Below, one piece after another: positions 27,701 to 40,551 of a stretch of DNA of 64,000 nt. Position numbers and translations under genes: made by a program. The notes under the pieces are model-generated. The model saw only the letters and a program-made list of their open reading frames with translations, was not told the DNA's origin and did no database searches. The stretch is taken from positions 10,292,001 through 10,356,000 of the forward strand of contig NC_092352.1 of NCBI RefSeq assembly GCF_963676685.1, in the 5' to 3' direction. Origin of the DNA: Mytilus edulis. Lineage: Eukaryota. Numbering within the stretch: the stretch's first letter is position 1; every line of letters starts with the position of its first letter.

Positions 27701-28351
27701 CTGCAAACTACTGGGTTTTGCTTGCTTTGTTCATCTGAACATATATATATATATATATACGTACCTATATTTGTGAAACACTAATATTATAAAATATGTA
27801 ATAAATCCAGCTAAAATAACTCCCTCCGTCACTTTGTATGCCCATGGTACATAATTTATGCTATCTAACATCACGTCGGGTAATGGGCGATATTGCTTTT
27901 TGTCAGGCATGCGCTCTTGTGCAACTATGATAGCAAAACTAGTAACAAAATGTACAAAAAATGTATAGACAATGCTGACACCGGTCTTCCATACTTCTTG
28001 ATTTATTTTCCGTTTTGGCCTATAGTTATGTTTTTCGTCGTCAGAGGAATCTATAATATCTATCATGTAGGAACTTTCTGAGGAAGAGGATGAATGACAG
28101 TCATTATGATAATTTGGAAATTGTAACCGTGAATTCTGTCCACTCTGAAGGTCTTGGATTGCAAACAGTAGTCTTTTGATATCACCTAAAGCTGATATTT
28201 TAAGCTGATATAAATCCTTTTCGGTCAATGTTAGAAGAACACGCCCGTCGATTCTATTCTCATCACATAGTAGTTTCTGGTATTCTTGCAATCCGTTCTC
28301 ACATAAAAATTGTTTCACTCTTTCACAGTTCCATAATAAAGGGTCCGACAT
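24779..28351 (-). CDS. Divergent SMSr/SAMD8-like paralog, copy 2, 399 aa; exons 28351-27765, 26844-26727, 25735-25585, 25122-24779
   Basis: Same sequence and splice sites as copy 1 at offset +8096. Confidence 0.9.
25930..26433. repeat. 50-bp minisatellite (copy 2)
   Basis: Matches 17834-18337 at offset +8096. Confidence 0.95.
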
Positions 28352-31300
28352 TTTTTCTTATGAAATCTGAAATCAAATGACAAAATAAATGCAACGAAAA
28401 GATAATTATTATACCCATGACATGCTCGTATCAAGATATGGAATCAAATTAATTCACGTCAATATTTCATGTCAAAACAGAATCTGTATTTCAAATTATA
28501 ATGTTATAACATACATTATACAAATTATGTGATTACTTTGTCATTCACACGAAAAATGACTTCTATTTGAATTCTTCCTTTACAATTTTGAAAAAAAAGA
28601 TCAGATAATGAAACCAGATTCGCTTAATGTATGATAAATATATATTTAATGAAATCTACGTTTTTCAAAAACGATCAATTGTTGACCGGTATGATTCTAC
28701 TGGTCATGTTTGTTATATCCCTCAGCTTGTTTTACGCGAGTCCCGTGAGGTATATAAAAAAAAATATTTTCTGAGCTATTGGGGCATTTTAGGTCGAATT
28801 GCGAAGAAAAATTTCCTCCAGGGTTTCGAGGTTGAACGAAAATATTCATACCGGCATAGTGTTCCCAATTTTGAACTACAATATAATTATGCAACACCAA
28901 ATCGTTCCTTTAAAATCACTTGTAAATTTAAAAAAGAACAAAAAATGAATAAGAAAATAATGCCTTTTTAAAAAAGAATGAAAATAATATAGTGATTTCG
29001 TTACCTGTTAACACTTCTGGACGATTATATCAACGTTCTCACTATTAAACTTAATGATAATTAGTCATTATATTATTTAAAAGTCCGTTCTGAAATGTGA
29101 CCTTCGTGTAACAGTGTAGTACTATAGTAACAAAACAAATAATCAGAGAAATCGCTATCGCTAATATAAAGGAAACGCTGAAATTGTTTCTTACTATTGG
29201 ATTTTTAAGTGATGAATCAATCTAAAAAAATGATTACAGATTGATGAAGTTATCGGTTTTTTTCCTTTATAAAAAATTTGAATGACAATATTTTAGTAAC
29301 CGTTGAACCTTCAAAAAGAGTATCCCAACTCGTTCAACGTACCAAGCGGTCATTGTTTAACAAATATATATTGCAGTTGTATATGATATGATAATGAAAA
29401 CTTAACGGAGAGAAAGAATACATATTACCGAATTCTGAAGTTCTCGTAGATCTTTTGGTCAAGTAATGAATTATTTTACATTGGGCTTGTCTGTTATCGC
29501 TACCGTTATAATATTTGTTTTCTATTGACCATAACTAAAGAAGGTTAGAATATGGGTTGATATAATGTATTCAAACTAAGTCACGTTTTAATTCAAACTA
29601 CCCGGTATATAAAAATAGAATAACTGCATGCATATATCGATCAAACCTTTAAATTTCGTTCTGTGAAAATATGACTTTGTTTACGGTATTACTTTTGAAA
29701 TGAGATTAATGCAATTTGCAGAAGAAAAAAAAATCATGCAGAGAAAATAAAAAGTCAATAAATTTCAACTGATTTAAAAGTGTAAAATGTTTTGGGGATA
29801 TTTCATGTTCATTTCACTTGAAAAGATCGATTACAAACAGTATAAACATGTATATGAGCGGTCAGTTATATTACTTATTAATTCCGGACTGTAACTTGTC
29901 ATTGACGCGATGGCAATGTATTTCATATCACAGTGTATGTATGTCTTTAAGGTTAATCAGAATATACAAGAAGGTCCGTTTGAACACCAAAAAGATCAAT
30001 AAAAAAAAAAAAGAAGGTCCGTCAGGAAGGCTGTTATAAGAATATCTTTACAAAAGAATCGCAAATTCAAGTTTATTATACATTTCTGTTATATTTAAAA
30101 ATTCGAATCTAAATTAAAAAAAAATCAGTATTAAAACTTACGTTTGAACTTTTCAATGTCAAGATGAACTACTATAACCTTTCTTTGAAAAGAATTAAAT
30201 ACCAGGACGCTACTGTTGGTCACAGATAACAATTGACAGTAATTAAATCTTAAGCCTTTAATTAGATTCTTGTCGTGTCCTGTTTTTTTTATAGTTATTT
30301 TAATCAGGATTAAGACAATACATACATAATCTCATAAAATTATATTTTTAATCAAGGAACAAAAACACAATAATATAAATAATAAAATATAAATGTGATT
30401 GTCACTCACCATCTGTCAACCAGTGAGTCTGGGAGGTCACTCAAGCGACCTTAGTGACGAGCATCACTACATTATGTAATGCCTTAATTTAGACCTTTTT
30501 ACCACAGTACTGTTGATGCAGACCTCATCTTTATAAATCTGATCAACTATTTATGAACAAAAATTAAATTACTGAAACAATATTCAAATTTATTAAAGTT
30601 ATAAATGTGAAAGTCAGTTATTTTGCCGTTCACACATGCATGAATCATATTGTACTTTATAGTCTGTAACTATGGAATTTTGGTTTTATGAAACATATAG
30701 TCACTTTCACTATGTAAGGAATTCTTTAAAAATCATTTTAAAACGTTTAGATAAATGGTATTTTTCAGGCAACATGTCAATTTCTAAAAGGTACAAACAT
30801 AAATGCGTATCTGTTCAATAAAACGTTCTACCATCAGAGAACTGTTTTTGGGTTTATTGCACCTCAATGCAAAACATGAATTCAGGTGGCCGAATTATTG
30901 GCATGGTAAACATGAATTATACGCAAAGCAGTTGTGTCTTTATAAAATTCACACGCAAATATCTTCAACTCAATCTCGAACTTGAAATATTAGTACAGAT
31001 GATTTTTGGATGTAACAGCCTTTATCTTAGGTTTGCTCTTCAGTAGATTTTTGATATTATTATTGTCATCTTAAAGAAATATTCCTCTTTCTTAATCAAT
31101 CAGTAAAATCAACAACAACAAAAAAAAAACCACTTTTTAAATCCTTTCAAAACACCTTATATGCATAATATTACTCACCGATTGCATCTAAAATTTCTCA
31201 ACTTCAAATACGTCTTCAACTTGCACTTTTAACATTAACAACATTCACTTCTTTTTATACGGAATGTAAAAGTCAAGGACCGAAATACGGTCAGACTTAA

Positions 31301-32185
31301 TCCATTATCCGGTAACACAATTCAAGTTAAAACAGTTAATGGAATTAACCGAGTATTATACCCACTAGTCGATGGACAATACAGAGAGATTTTTTTTATG
31401 AATGGAGCCCTTTGCCCTTTGATACAATTCGGAACTATAAAAAAAAACCATAATAGATCTTTGTCCACTCGTGTCCTATCTTGTTTGAACCCCCTGGCAA
31501 ATATGTTATTTCCCTGTAAAATGAAAATCCATACAAAATTGGATTAATGTTAAAAATCATAGACTCTTTAATAAAATAGGCACAAGAACCGAGGTACACT
31601 TAGTTTATTTAAATTGCATTATTTAAGTGCTCATACTTATGTCTACACCTATAGACCTCTGAGCTACATCAGCTATACGATACACTCTAACCACAGGAAC
31701 ACTTTTTATGGATGCATATGCACTCAGCTTACAAATAAATATGGTTCTAGTTGTGATGAAATTTTGATCTTCCCCTATATTTCAGTCACTAGAATACTCA
31801 TCTAATCACGGATGCAGGAATGCTAGTCCAGTTTAGTGGACAGTGCTTGTTTCAGTTTGCATTGTTTTAAATCGTCTGCCAGACAGCTGAATAAAAAACG
31901 CATTATCAAATACAAAACAAACCCCGCTTACTGTGATTTCGATGCCATGTAGTGTTTTTAAAATCAACAGCCTACTGAAGAAACCAAAGTAAAATGGTAA
32001 GTCATTTATGTATGTTACTATTTATGAGCTCACAGATTTTATCCTTGCTATACACGGAGATATCGGCTGGATCCCAATTCAGTATCGGCGTTTGATCAAT
32101 ATGGCGAGATACTGGAATACTCATTCAATAAGACAGCAGTCGCATCACCAAATTTGCATTCAATATGGACTACTTTTCTACAGTG

Positions 32186-32510
32186 GCTAGAGGTAAAGGG
32201 GCAGGGTTGAGATCTCATAAACATGTTTAACCCCGCCGCAATGTTGCGCCTGTCCCAAGTCAGGAGCTTCTGGCCTTTGTTAGTCTAGTATTTTTTTTTA
32301 ATTTCAGTTTCTTATGTACAATTTGGAGTTTAGTATTGCGTTCATTATCACTGAACTAGTATATATATTTGTTTAGGGGCCAGCTGAAGGACTCCTCCGG
32401 GTGCGGGAATTTCTCGCTGCATTGAAGACCTGTTGGTGACCTTCTGCTGTTGTCTGTTCTATGGTCGGGTTGTTGTCCCTTTGACACATTCCCCATTTCC
32501 ATTCTCAATG
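32186..32510 (+). mobile_element. Interspersed repeat, close copy of 60811-61125 (decayed copies at ~61740-62000 and ~13050-13130)
   Basis: ggctagaggta..gggttgagatctca..catgtttaaccccgccgca..tgtcccaagtcagg..gaagacctgttggtgaccttctgc is shared between the loci. Confidence 0.8.
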
Positions 32511-33139
32511 TTAATATGATCGCTGTAAAAGTAATTGGTGTTCTAAAGTTAAGGACATATTATACATGTACCAGTTTGAATAAAGATATTTATAGTGATT
32601 AAGATAATAACACAATGCTGACTACTGTATCCCAATTTTTGACATTTTTACCTATTATGTCTGTTTGCTTTGTTCACACATTGTTGTCAATAAAAGCTAG
32701 CTATTAAAACAGGTTTTATCCATCGTTTTCTACCTAAGAAAATGTCTGTACCAAGTCAGGAATATGGTTTGAACTTTTGGTTTTGCGATTTTTGCGTAGG
32801 GAATTTCCGTTTAGAATTTAACTCAGAAGTTGGTATTATTTATCTTCGCTACCCAAGGGTTACGAGAAGGGGAGTAGATCAAACCATTTGTTGTCGAAGA
32901 TGGGTATTTTTGTTAATTTATTTTTTTGCATATTAATTCAAAATATTTTACGAATGATCCTAAGATAGCCAAATACCATGTTTTACTGTTAATTTTTAGC
33001 TGCCAATCCAAAAAAAATCGAAGATAAAACACAATAATTGAACAAAGTTTAACACCAAACTATGAGTAATACATACACATAGCTTCTTTACAGAAATCCT
33101 TTTGGAACATTATATATAGCTGTCTTATAATTTAATTTT

Positions 33140-34080
33140 TTATTATGGTTAATATACAAATGTCCGGCGCCTCGTCCGTCTGTCCGTCCGTCCGCCCGTT
33201 CTTCTGTCTGTCCGGCGTCCACATGTCGCACCGTAACTTGAGAACTGCTTATCTAAATTTCATGAAACTTAAGATAATTATTTCTTATGATGGTCAAACG
33301 ATCTGTTTACTTTTTAGTGAAAATTAGATTTATGATTTTTGAGTTACGGGAATTTATAACTAAAACAGGGGTGTGTTTTTTTCACATGTCGAGCCGTATC
33401 TCAAAAACTATTTATGATTATTGCGTAAAACTTTACACAATTCTTAGTTATATTAATCTAAAGATCTGTATGATTTTTTGGTGATGATTCAAAATTATAT
33501 TTAAGATGTTATGAGTTTTGTTGTAAAAAGAAAAGGGGGTGTCATATGTCGCGCCGTATCTCAAAAACGATTTATGAATGATGCTAAAAACTTAACACAC
33601 TACTTAATTATATTAATCTAAAGATCTGTCTATTTTTCAGTGGTGATAATTCAAAATTTTATTGAGTTATTGTCAAAAACCATTAATGACTATTGCTTAA
33701 ACTTTACACACTTCTGAGTTATATTAATCTAAAGATCTGCATAATTTTTGGTGATGATTCTAGAGTTATTGAGTTTTTTTGTAAAAAAAAAAGGGGGGGG
33801 GGGGGGTTCACATGTCGCACCGTATCTCAGAAACGATGTATGATTATTGCTTTTTAAAAAACTTTACACACTTCTTAGTTATATTAATCTAAGCATCTGT
33901 ATACTTTTTGGTGATTATTTAACACTTTATTTGAGAGTTATTTTTTGGGTTAAAAATGGGGGGGGGGGGGGGGGGGGGGGTAACATGTCGATCCGTATCT
34001 CAGATACTATTTATGATTATTGATAAAATTTCATCCACAAGACGACGGGCGTATCACTCGCTCTCGGCGCAGCTGTTTAT
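33140..34080. mobile_element. Non-autonomous Helentron/pearl-like element with (GTCC)n tract and internal ~150-160-bp tandem repeats
   Basis: gtccgtctgtccgtccgtcc microsatellite, 4-5 repeats beginning acatgtcg..ccgtatctca, and a GC-rich terminal segment. Confidence 0.6.
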
Positions 34081-34409
34081 TTATATACTGATACTTTATC
34101 ATATTGATACTTTGTCTTTATATTGATACTTTATATGAGTGAATCAATATTAGTACCTAAATATGCCATTCTTAATGACCGGACAACAGTATCGTAACTA
34201 TGTCCCTTCTGAATAAGTCTGTTTAAAAGTTTTGTCTTTATATGCTGATACTATGGTATTATATGCATATACTATGTTATATATTGAAACTTTGTCATTA
34301 TATGCTGATACTTAAATACAACGATTCTTTGTTTGATATAAATAAATCAAATAAAGAAAAATAAATCTTATGTTTGTCTTACTTCTTTAATGTTGAAGTG
34401 AAAGGTTTT

Positions 34410-35596
34410 CTATGGCAAGCCGTTCTCTTCAAAACTATGTTTAAACCCTTTTTTCGAAAAAAAAATACACACTGAGATTAAAAAACCTAAAATAACACAC
34501 TGAGAAATCGAAATTACACACTGAGATTTCAAAAAATAAAAAAACACATTGAGAATTCAAAAGTACACACTGAGATTTTAAAAAGACACACTGAGATGAA
34601 ATAAATTGAAAAACACACACTGAGAATTGTTAATTACACACTGAGATTTCAAAAATACACACTGAGATTAATATGCAAATTACTAAGGAATATTCATGAG
34701 ATGAATAATTCAACAGATTAATATCTTGATCTCAAGAACTCTTGTCATTATAATGAAATGCGATTCCTTCAACCAACATTCGTAATAAATTTCAAGACTT
34801 AACATCGCTCATATTCATAAGTTTGTTGCCTATAATTCAGATCATTACTACCAGTAATTAAACAGGGGTCCCTTTTCAAAAGTCTTCCAACTGTTTCCCT
34901 GATTTCGCTAGTTAATCTTTTATATTTTTGTTACGTTTATATGCTATTTATAGACACTTGAGTAAAAATTTCACTTTCACTGCATTCTTTTGCAGATTGT
35001 TCCAATGTTTTCTTATAATTTTAATAAAGTTTTTCACCATTTTCAAAAATGGTTATATTTTGTAATAAGAGTAAGTGGGTATTTTTCTTGTTCTTGTATT
35101 TTTAAAGTTTTTTTTATTAATAATTTGGAACCAAATCGAAGGACTAACGAGTTCTGTCCCCTTGTTGTTTTAAGCTTGTAATAGATTCAGATTAAGTATG
35201 CTAATTAGATATGTGCGCATAGAAAGTGCGCACAAATCTCAGTGTGTAATTTTAAATTCGCAGTGTGTAATTTCAAATTCTCAGTGTGTGTTTTCAGTTT
35301 ATTTATTCTCAGTGCGTCTTTTTGAAATCTCAGTGTGTAATTTTCAATTCTCAGTGTGTAATTTTCAATTCTCAGTGTGCGTTTTTCATTTTTGTAATCT
35401 CAGTGCGTCTTTATGAAATCTCAGTGTGTAATTTTTAATTCTCAGTGTGTAATTTTCAATTCTCAGTGTGTAATTTTCAATTCTCAGTGTGCGTTTTGAA
35501 GTTTTTAAATCTCAGTGTGCTTTGTTGTAATTCTCAGTGTGTAAATTTTTCGAAAAATGGTTTAAACATAGTTTTGACGAGAACGGCTTGCCATAG
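34410..35596. mobile_element. Foldback-like non-autonomous DNA transposon (1,187 bp)
   Basis: ~50-bp TIRs (ctatggcaagccgttctc..aaaactatgtttaaacc), inverted subterminal arrays of ~21-bp acacactgaga repeats, TTTT on both flanks. Confidence 0.85.
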
Positions 35597-36269
35597 TTTT
35601 CCGTCTCTGTCAAATCAAAAATGATTAATTTTTTTTTGATCTGTGATATGCTATTCTACTATGTTTAACCACATTAATTCATAAACAAAAATGTATTTAA
35701 AAATGAAATTGATAATACTTACATTCTCAATTATAATGAGACCTTACATGTATGCCAATAATCGCATCAAATCACATCTGTGTACTGAATGTACACGCCT
35801 AGTACATATACTATGCTGCAAAACAAATGGTGATTAAGGTTATTGAAAATCAGTTTTTATGTTTTCTATGTTCCAATGAGCAATGAATTATAACTTACCA
35901 AACTAATGCAACTAAACATCAGATCAAACATTTTTTTTTTGCTGTTACGTTTTGATACCGATTCAACCTGTTGATCGTAAACCGGGAGACACAAACACAT
36001 AATTGCGATCCTTCATGACGACTGAAAAGGATATTACCTTTTTTTTTTGGCTCAGATCCTGCACAAGAAATCAACTTTAGATGAAATTGTATGAATTTCC
36101 AACCATGTTTAATAAAAAAGAATGGCCTATATTGAATCAAATAGTTCGTCAGAAGAGGCAAACCGGTAATAAAAATCATAGAAAAAGACAGCAGCAAGAT
36201 GATTGATGTTTTGTTTGAATGACAATATATATCAGTTCCGTTTGACGGGCATTTGTTGGAAAGTTAATA

Positions 36270-36410
36270 GTTATCAAAGGTACCAGCATTATAATTTTTA
36301 TATACGCCAGACGTGCGTTTCGTCTACAGTGACGCTCAGATCAAAATTGTTGTAAAGCCAACAAGTACAACGTTGAAGAGCATTGAGGACAGCAAATTCC
36401 CAAAAGTCTC
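36270..36410 (-). mobile_element. Hammerhead-type repeat family copy with deleted ribozyme core
   Basis: tacgccagacgtgcgtttcgtctac|agtgacgctc retains GAAAC, the palindromic stem III and the stem I flanks but lacks the CTGATGA segment. Confidence 0.5.
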
Positions 36411-38663
36411 CTCTTTTAGTATACTAATCTTGTTCTTTTATTCTTATTGTGCAATCTTCATATATGAGCTTCCTTCGAAGTAATAAATTTCGCAATTTTT
36501 GGGGACCTTTTTTTTTGCTAAAAAACATAAAATAAGTGTAAAATGCATTTTAGTTAAAGTGTAGGGGCTGGACATTTTTGGTGCCGTATTCTCTACATTG
36601 ATTGTCTATTATAAAATGATTGAATGGATCCAAAGCTATGTACTATTTAATATATTTGAAGTGGTATTTGTCAGTAAAAAATGGACATGGGAAATTCCCG
36701 TTTGTTGTATGGTTAGTTAGCATAACTTTACAGATTTCTTGTTGTGAACAAGATATACGGCTATTCAATGAAATTTACAATACGACCGACACGAAGAAAA
36801 ACAAACAAGAACTTGATTTTTATCATTTGAAATGTTTGGTTGAAATGTTTCACCCAACAATGGAAGGCTCAAGCGAGGGGTACAAATCAACCAAAAGGCT
36901 ACGAATGAATCAGAAACGAAAATGAAGTTGTGAATAACGTTCGACCCATGGAGTCATATAGGCCACACCCAGCAGGCCGGTTGCAGTCGGGCTTTGAAAA
37001 AAATATTCAGTATAATGAGTATATCAGTTCGGCGGAACAGACCTTCCGGTCAGATATAGGATTCATATGCAATCCTCCCCCCCCCCCCCAAAAAAAAATA
37101 CGCCCGTTTTTTTTTTTAGAGTGTAATAGAGTATAATATTCTGTTGGGTGGAATTGTGATAAAGAAGGCAATACGTCCTTGCTCAATACTTTGAAGGCGT
37201 CATCCTTAGCCTAAACATGTGTTACTGTAATCTGAATTTCAAAATGACTGAGTGACGGGTTTTTTTTCGACGTACTTGTCAACTCCACCGTAGCGAATCA
37301 CATAACTTTGACATAATCAATAATATATTACAGTGAATACGAGTAAAAAATATCTTTATAAGTGGAGAACTGTCGCATTAAAATTAAATACACAGCAAAA
37401 TTCATGAAGTCTAGTCTGATAATAAATCATTTTATAAAAATAAAAAAAAAGTGCCAGCAAAGGGGGACAGGGGCGTACACCCTCTACCCCCCTCTGAATC
37501 CGCCACTGTCAAGAAAAATTAAAAGAATATATATTCCAATGTGAAGATGAATAAATTAAAGTTTGCTAACTATATTGATCCAATATATAGTATATAATGT
37601 ATAGCCAGTCAAGGTCGTTAAAAAACTTCTATTTGTTGTTGTTGATCAAATCTTACTCATTGAATACATACACGAAACAATGTGAACCTGCTGAGACACG
37701 AACTGAACGGCACGAGATATTTCCGATTTTCTCAGAAGGAAAATCAAACTTTCCATTCCAGATTGCAATATCTCAACAACACATGAATATGGGATATATT
37801 CTGTTGACAGGTTTAACATGCATGGTGTAATCATAGTTTGCTTCACTGTTTGTGAATTAAGGATATGTTCCATTTGTTTTAGTCAATATCCAATGTTTGT
37901 TTATTTGTCATTAATGACATCACCAAATGAAACCAAGTTGTTGAAATATTGCTACATCAAAGTCGTAAATACTGATATCTTGTTAGAACCCAATAAGATT
38001 ACCATGTCTGGACAAAAAATTTAAAGTACTGATAGTACTGTATTTAGTGTTTACTTCATTATTTTCCTATCCTTTCTCCCCAAAGGCAAGTCTGTCAAGA
38101 TTCCCTAGGGATGTGTTCTCCATTGCTAAAGCCCTAAACCGTCTCATTGGTGGTTCCAGAAACTAGAAGATCTAAAGAGTATGTACACCTTCAACAATAG
38201 ACACTCTTTACATTTAAAACTAGCATATAATTCGTGTTAAAAAAGCTCTTCTTTGTTGATCTTGTATCACTGATTATTCAAAATTGCCATTTAAGCAATA
38301 ACATCTAAAACGAGTTACTAGTAACTAAAAATTAAAGAAAATTTTTACTTATTAATAGATCTTGTCTTGCGGATAAATATTTGCTATTTAAAATGTCTAT
38401 CTTTTATAGTTTTGGCTCTTCCTACAGGGGTTTCAAAGATAAAAGACAAAATGGCATTTTGACCTTTAATGTTTTACTTTTACAAACTATGACTTGGATG
38501 GAGAGTTTTCTCATTGGCACTCATACCATCTTCTTATATCTATACAAGATATCATTGTTATATATTGTGATACTCACCTAGACTGTGTATTTGCATTTAT
38601 AAAAGCTTCACAATAATTTATGAATTCACACTATTTCTTTATTGTTAAATGGACTTTAATTTG

Positions 38664-40551
38664 AAAACCAGATGCTCCGCAGGGCGCAGCTTTATACGAC
38701 CGCAGAGGTTGAACCCTGAACGGTTGGGGCAAGTATGGACACAACATTCAAGCTGGATTCAGCTCTAAATTTGGATTGTGATTAAAAAGTTGACACAGCA
38801 TAGGTTTCTGACACAGAATGAATGTGGTCTAATGAACTTAAAATGTTTTTTTTGCCTTTGAGCAATTCACTATGCTGTTGAATATTAATCCTCTCAAAAA
38901 AATGTTTGAAGAAATTTTCTTTTTATTTATGAAATCTGAAATGAGAAAAATCTAACCCCCCCCCCTTTTTTTCACATCCCCCTTTCCGTTTTTTCCAAAA
39001 ATGATCTTAATTCAAATTTCTAATGGAGTTTGCAACAATAACTACTCATTTAAATACATCATAAAATATCAAAATGTAAAATAAAGTGCTTGTTATCACT
39101 GAATGGTAAAGATTGTTTTAATTTATCAGTTAGTAGTAAAAGTGAATATACATTGTATATTGTATAAAACAATGATTTAAGTTGATTCATCTACTATTCT
39201 GGACAAAGAAAGATAACTCCAATTGAAAATTTCTTGCTATTGCACAATATTGTGCAATTAGATATTTCTTGCTATTGCGCATTACTGTGCAATTGAAAAT
39301 ATTTGCTATTGAACAATACTGTGCAATTGAAGATTTCTTGCTATTGCGCAATACTGTGCAATTGAAAATTTCTTGCTATTGCACAATACTGTGCAATTGA
39401 AGATTTCTTGCTATTACTGAATACTGTGCAATTGAAAATTTCTTGCTATTGCACATGTACAATACTTAATATAATAATTTTTGATCCTGATTTGAACCAA
39501 CTTGAAAACTGGGCCCATAATCAAAAATCTAAGTACATGTTTAGATTCAGCATATCAAAAAAGCCCAAGAATTCAATTTTTGTTAAAATCAAACTTAGTT
39601 TAATTTTGGACCCTTTGGACTTTAATGTAGACCAATTTGAAAACGGGACCAAAAATTAAGAATACACATACACAGTTAGATTTGGCATATCAAAGAACCC
39701 CAATTATTCAATTTTTGATGAAATCAAATAAAGTTTAATTTTGGACCCTGATTTGGACCAACTTGAAAACTGGGCAAATAATCAAAAAATCTAAGTACAT
39801 TTAGATTCAGCATATCAAAGAACCCCAAGGATTCAATTTTTGTTAAAATCAAACTAAGTTTAATTTTGGACCCTTTGGACCTTAATGTAGACCAATTTGA
39901 AAACGGGACCAAAAATTAAGAATCTACATACACAGTTAGATTGGGCATATCAAAGAACCCCAATTATTCAATTTTGATGAAATCAAACAAAGTTCAATTT
40001 TGGACCCTTTGCATGGGCCCCTTATTCCTAAACTGTTGGGACCAAAACTCCCAAAATCAAACCCAACCTTTCTTTTATGGTCATAAACGTTGTGTTTAAA
40101 TTTCATAGATTTCTTTTTACTTATACTAAAGTTATGGTGCTAAAACCAAGAATAATGTTTATTTGGGTCCCTTTTTGGCCCCTTATTCCTAAACTGTTGG
40201 GACCTCAACTCCCAAAATTAATCCCAACCTTGTGTCAAAATTTCATAGATTTCTATTCACTTAAACTAAAGTTATAGTGCGAAAACCAAGAAAATGCTAA
40301 TTTGGGCCCTTTTTGGACCCTAATTCCTAAAATGTTGGGACCAAAACTCCCAACATCAATCCCAACCTTCCTTTTGTGGTCATAAACCTTGTGTTAAAAA
40401 TTTCATAGATTTCTATTCACTTTTACTAAAGTTAGAGTGCGAAAACTAAAAGTATTCGGATGACGATGAAAACGGAGACGACGCAGACGACGATGCCAAC
40501 TTGATACCAATATACGACCAAAATTTTTTCAATTTTTGCTTTGTATAAAAA
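38664..40551. mobile_element. Non-autonomous Helentron-like element with nested tandem repeats (~35-bp caattgaa..gctattgc, plus ~245-bp and ~150-bp units)
   Basis: tatacgacc motif near both ends, a (gac)n-like tract near the right end, and visible internal duplications. Confidence 0.6.

Larger units (their letters stand above)
13128..29321. repeat. Direct tandem segmental duplication, unit 8,096 bp (13128-21225 / 21224-29321)
   Basis: All ORF-track entries recur with identical translation at +8096. The junction at 21224-21225 has 2-bp (GT) microhomology. Confidence 0.97.
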
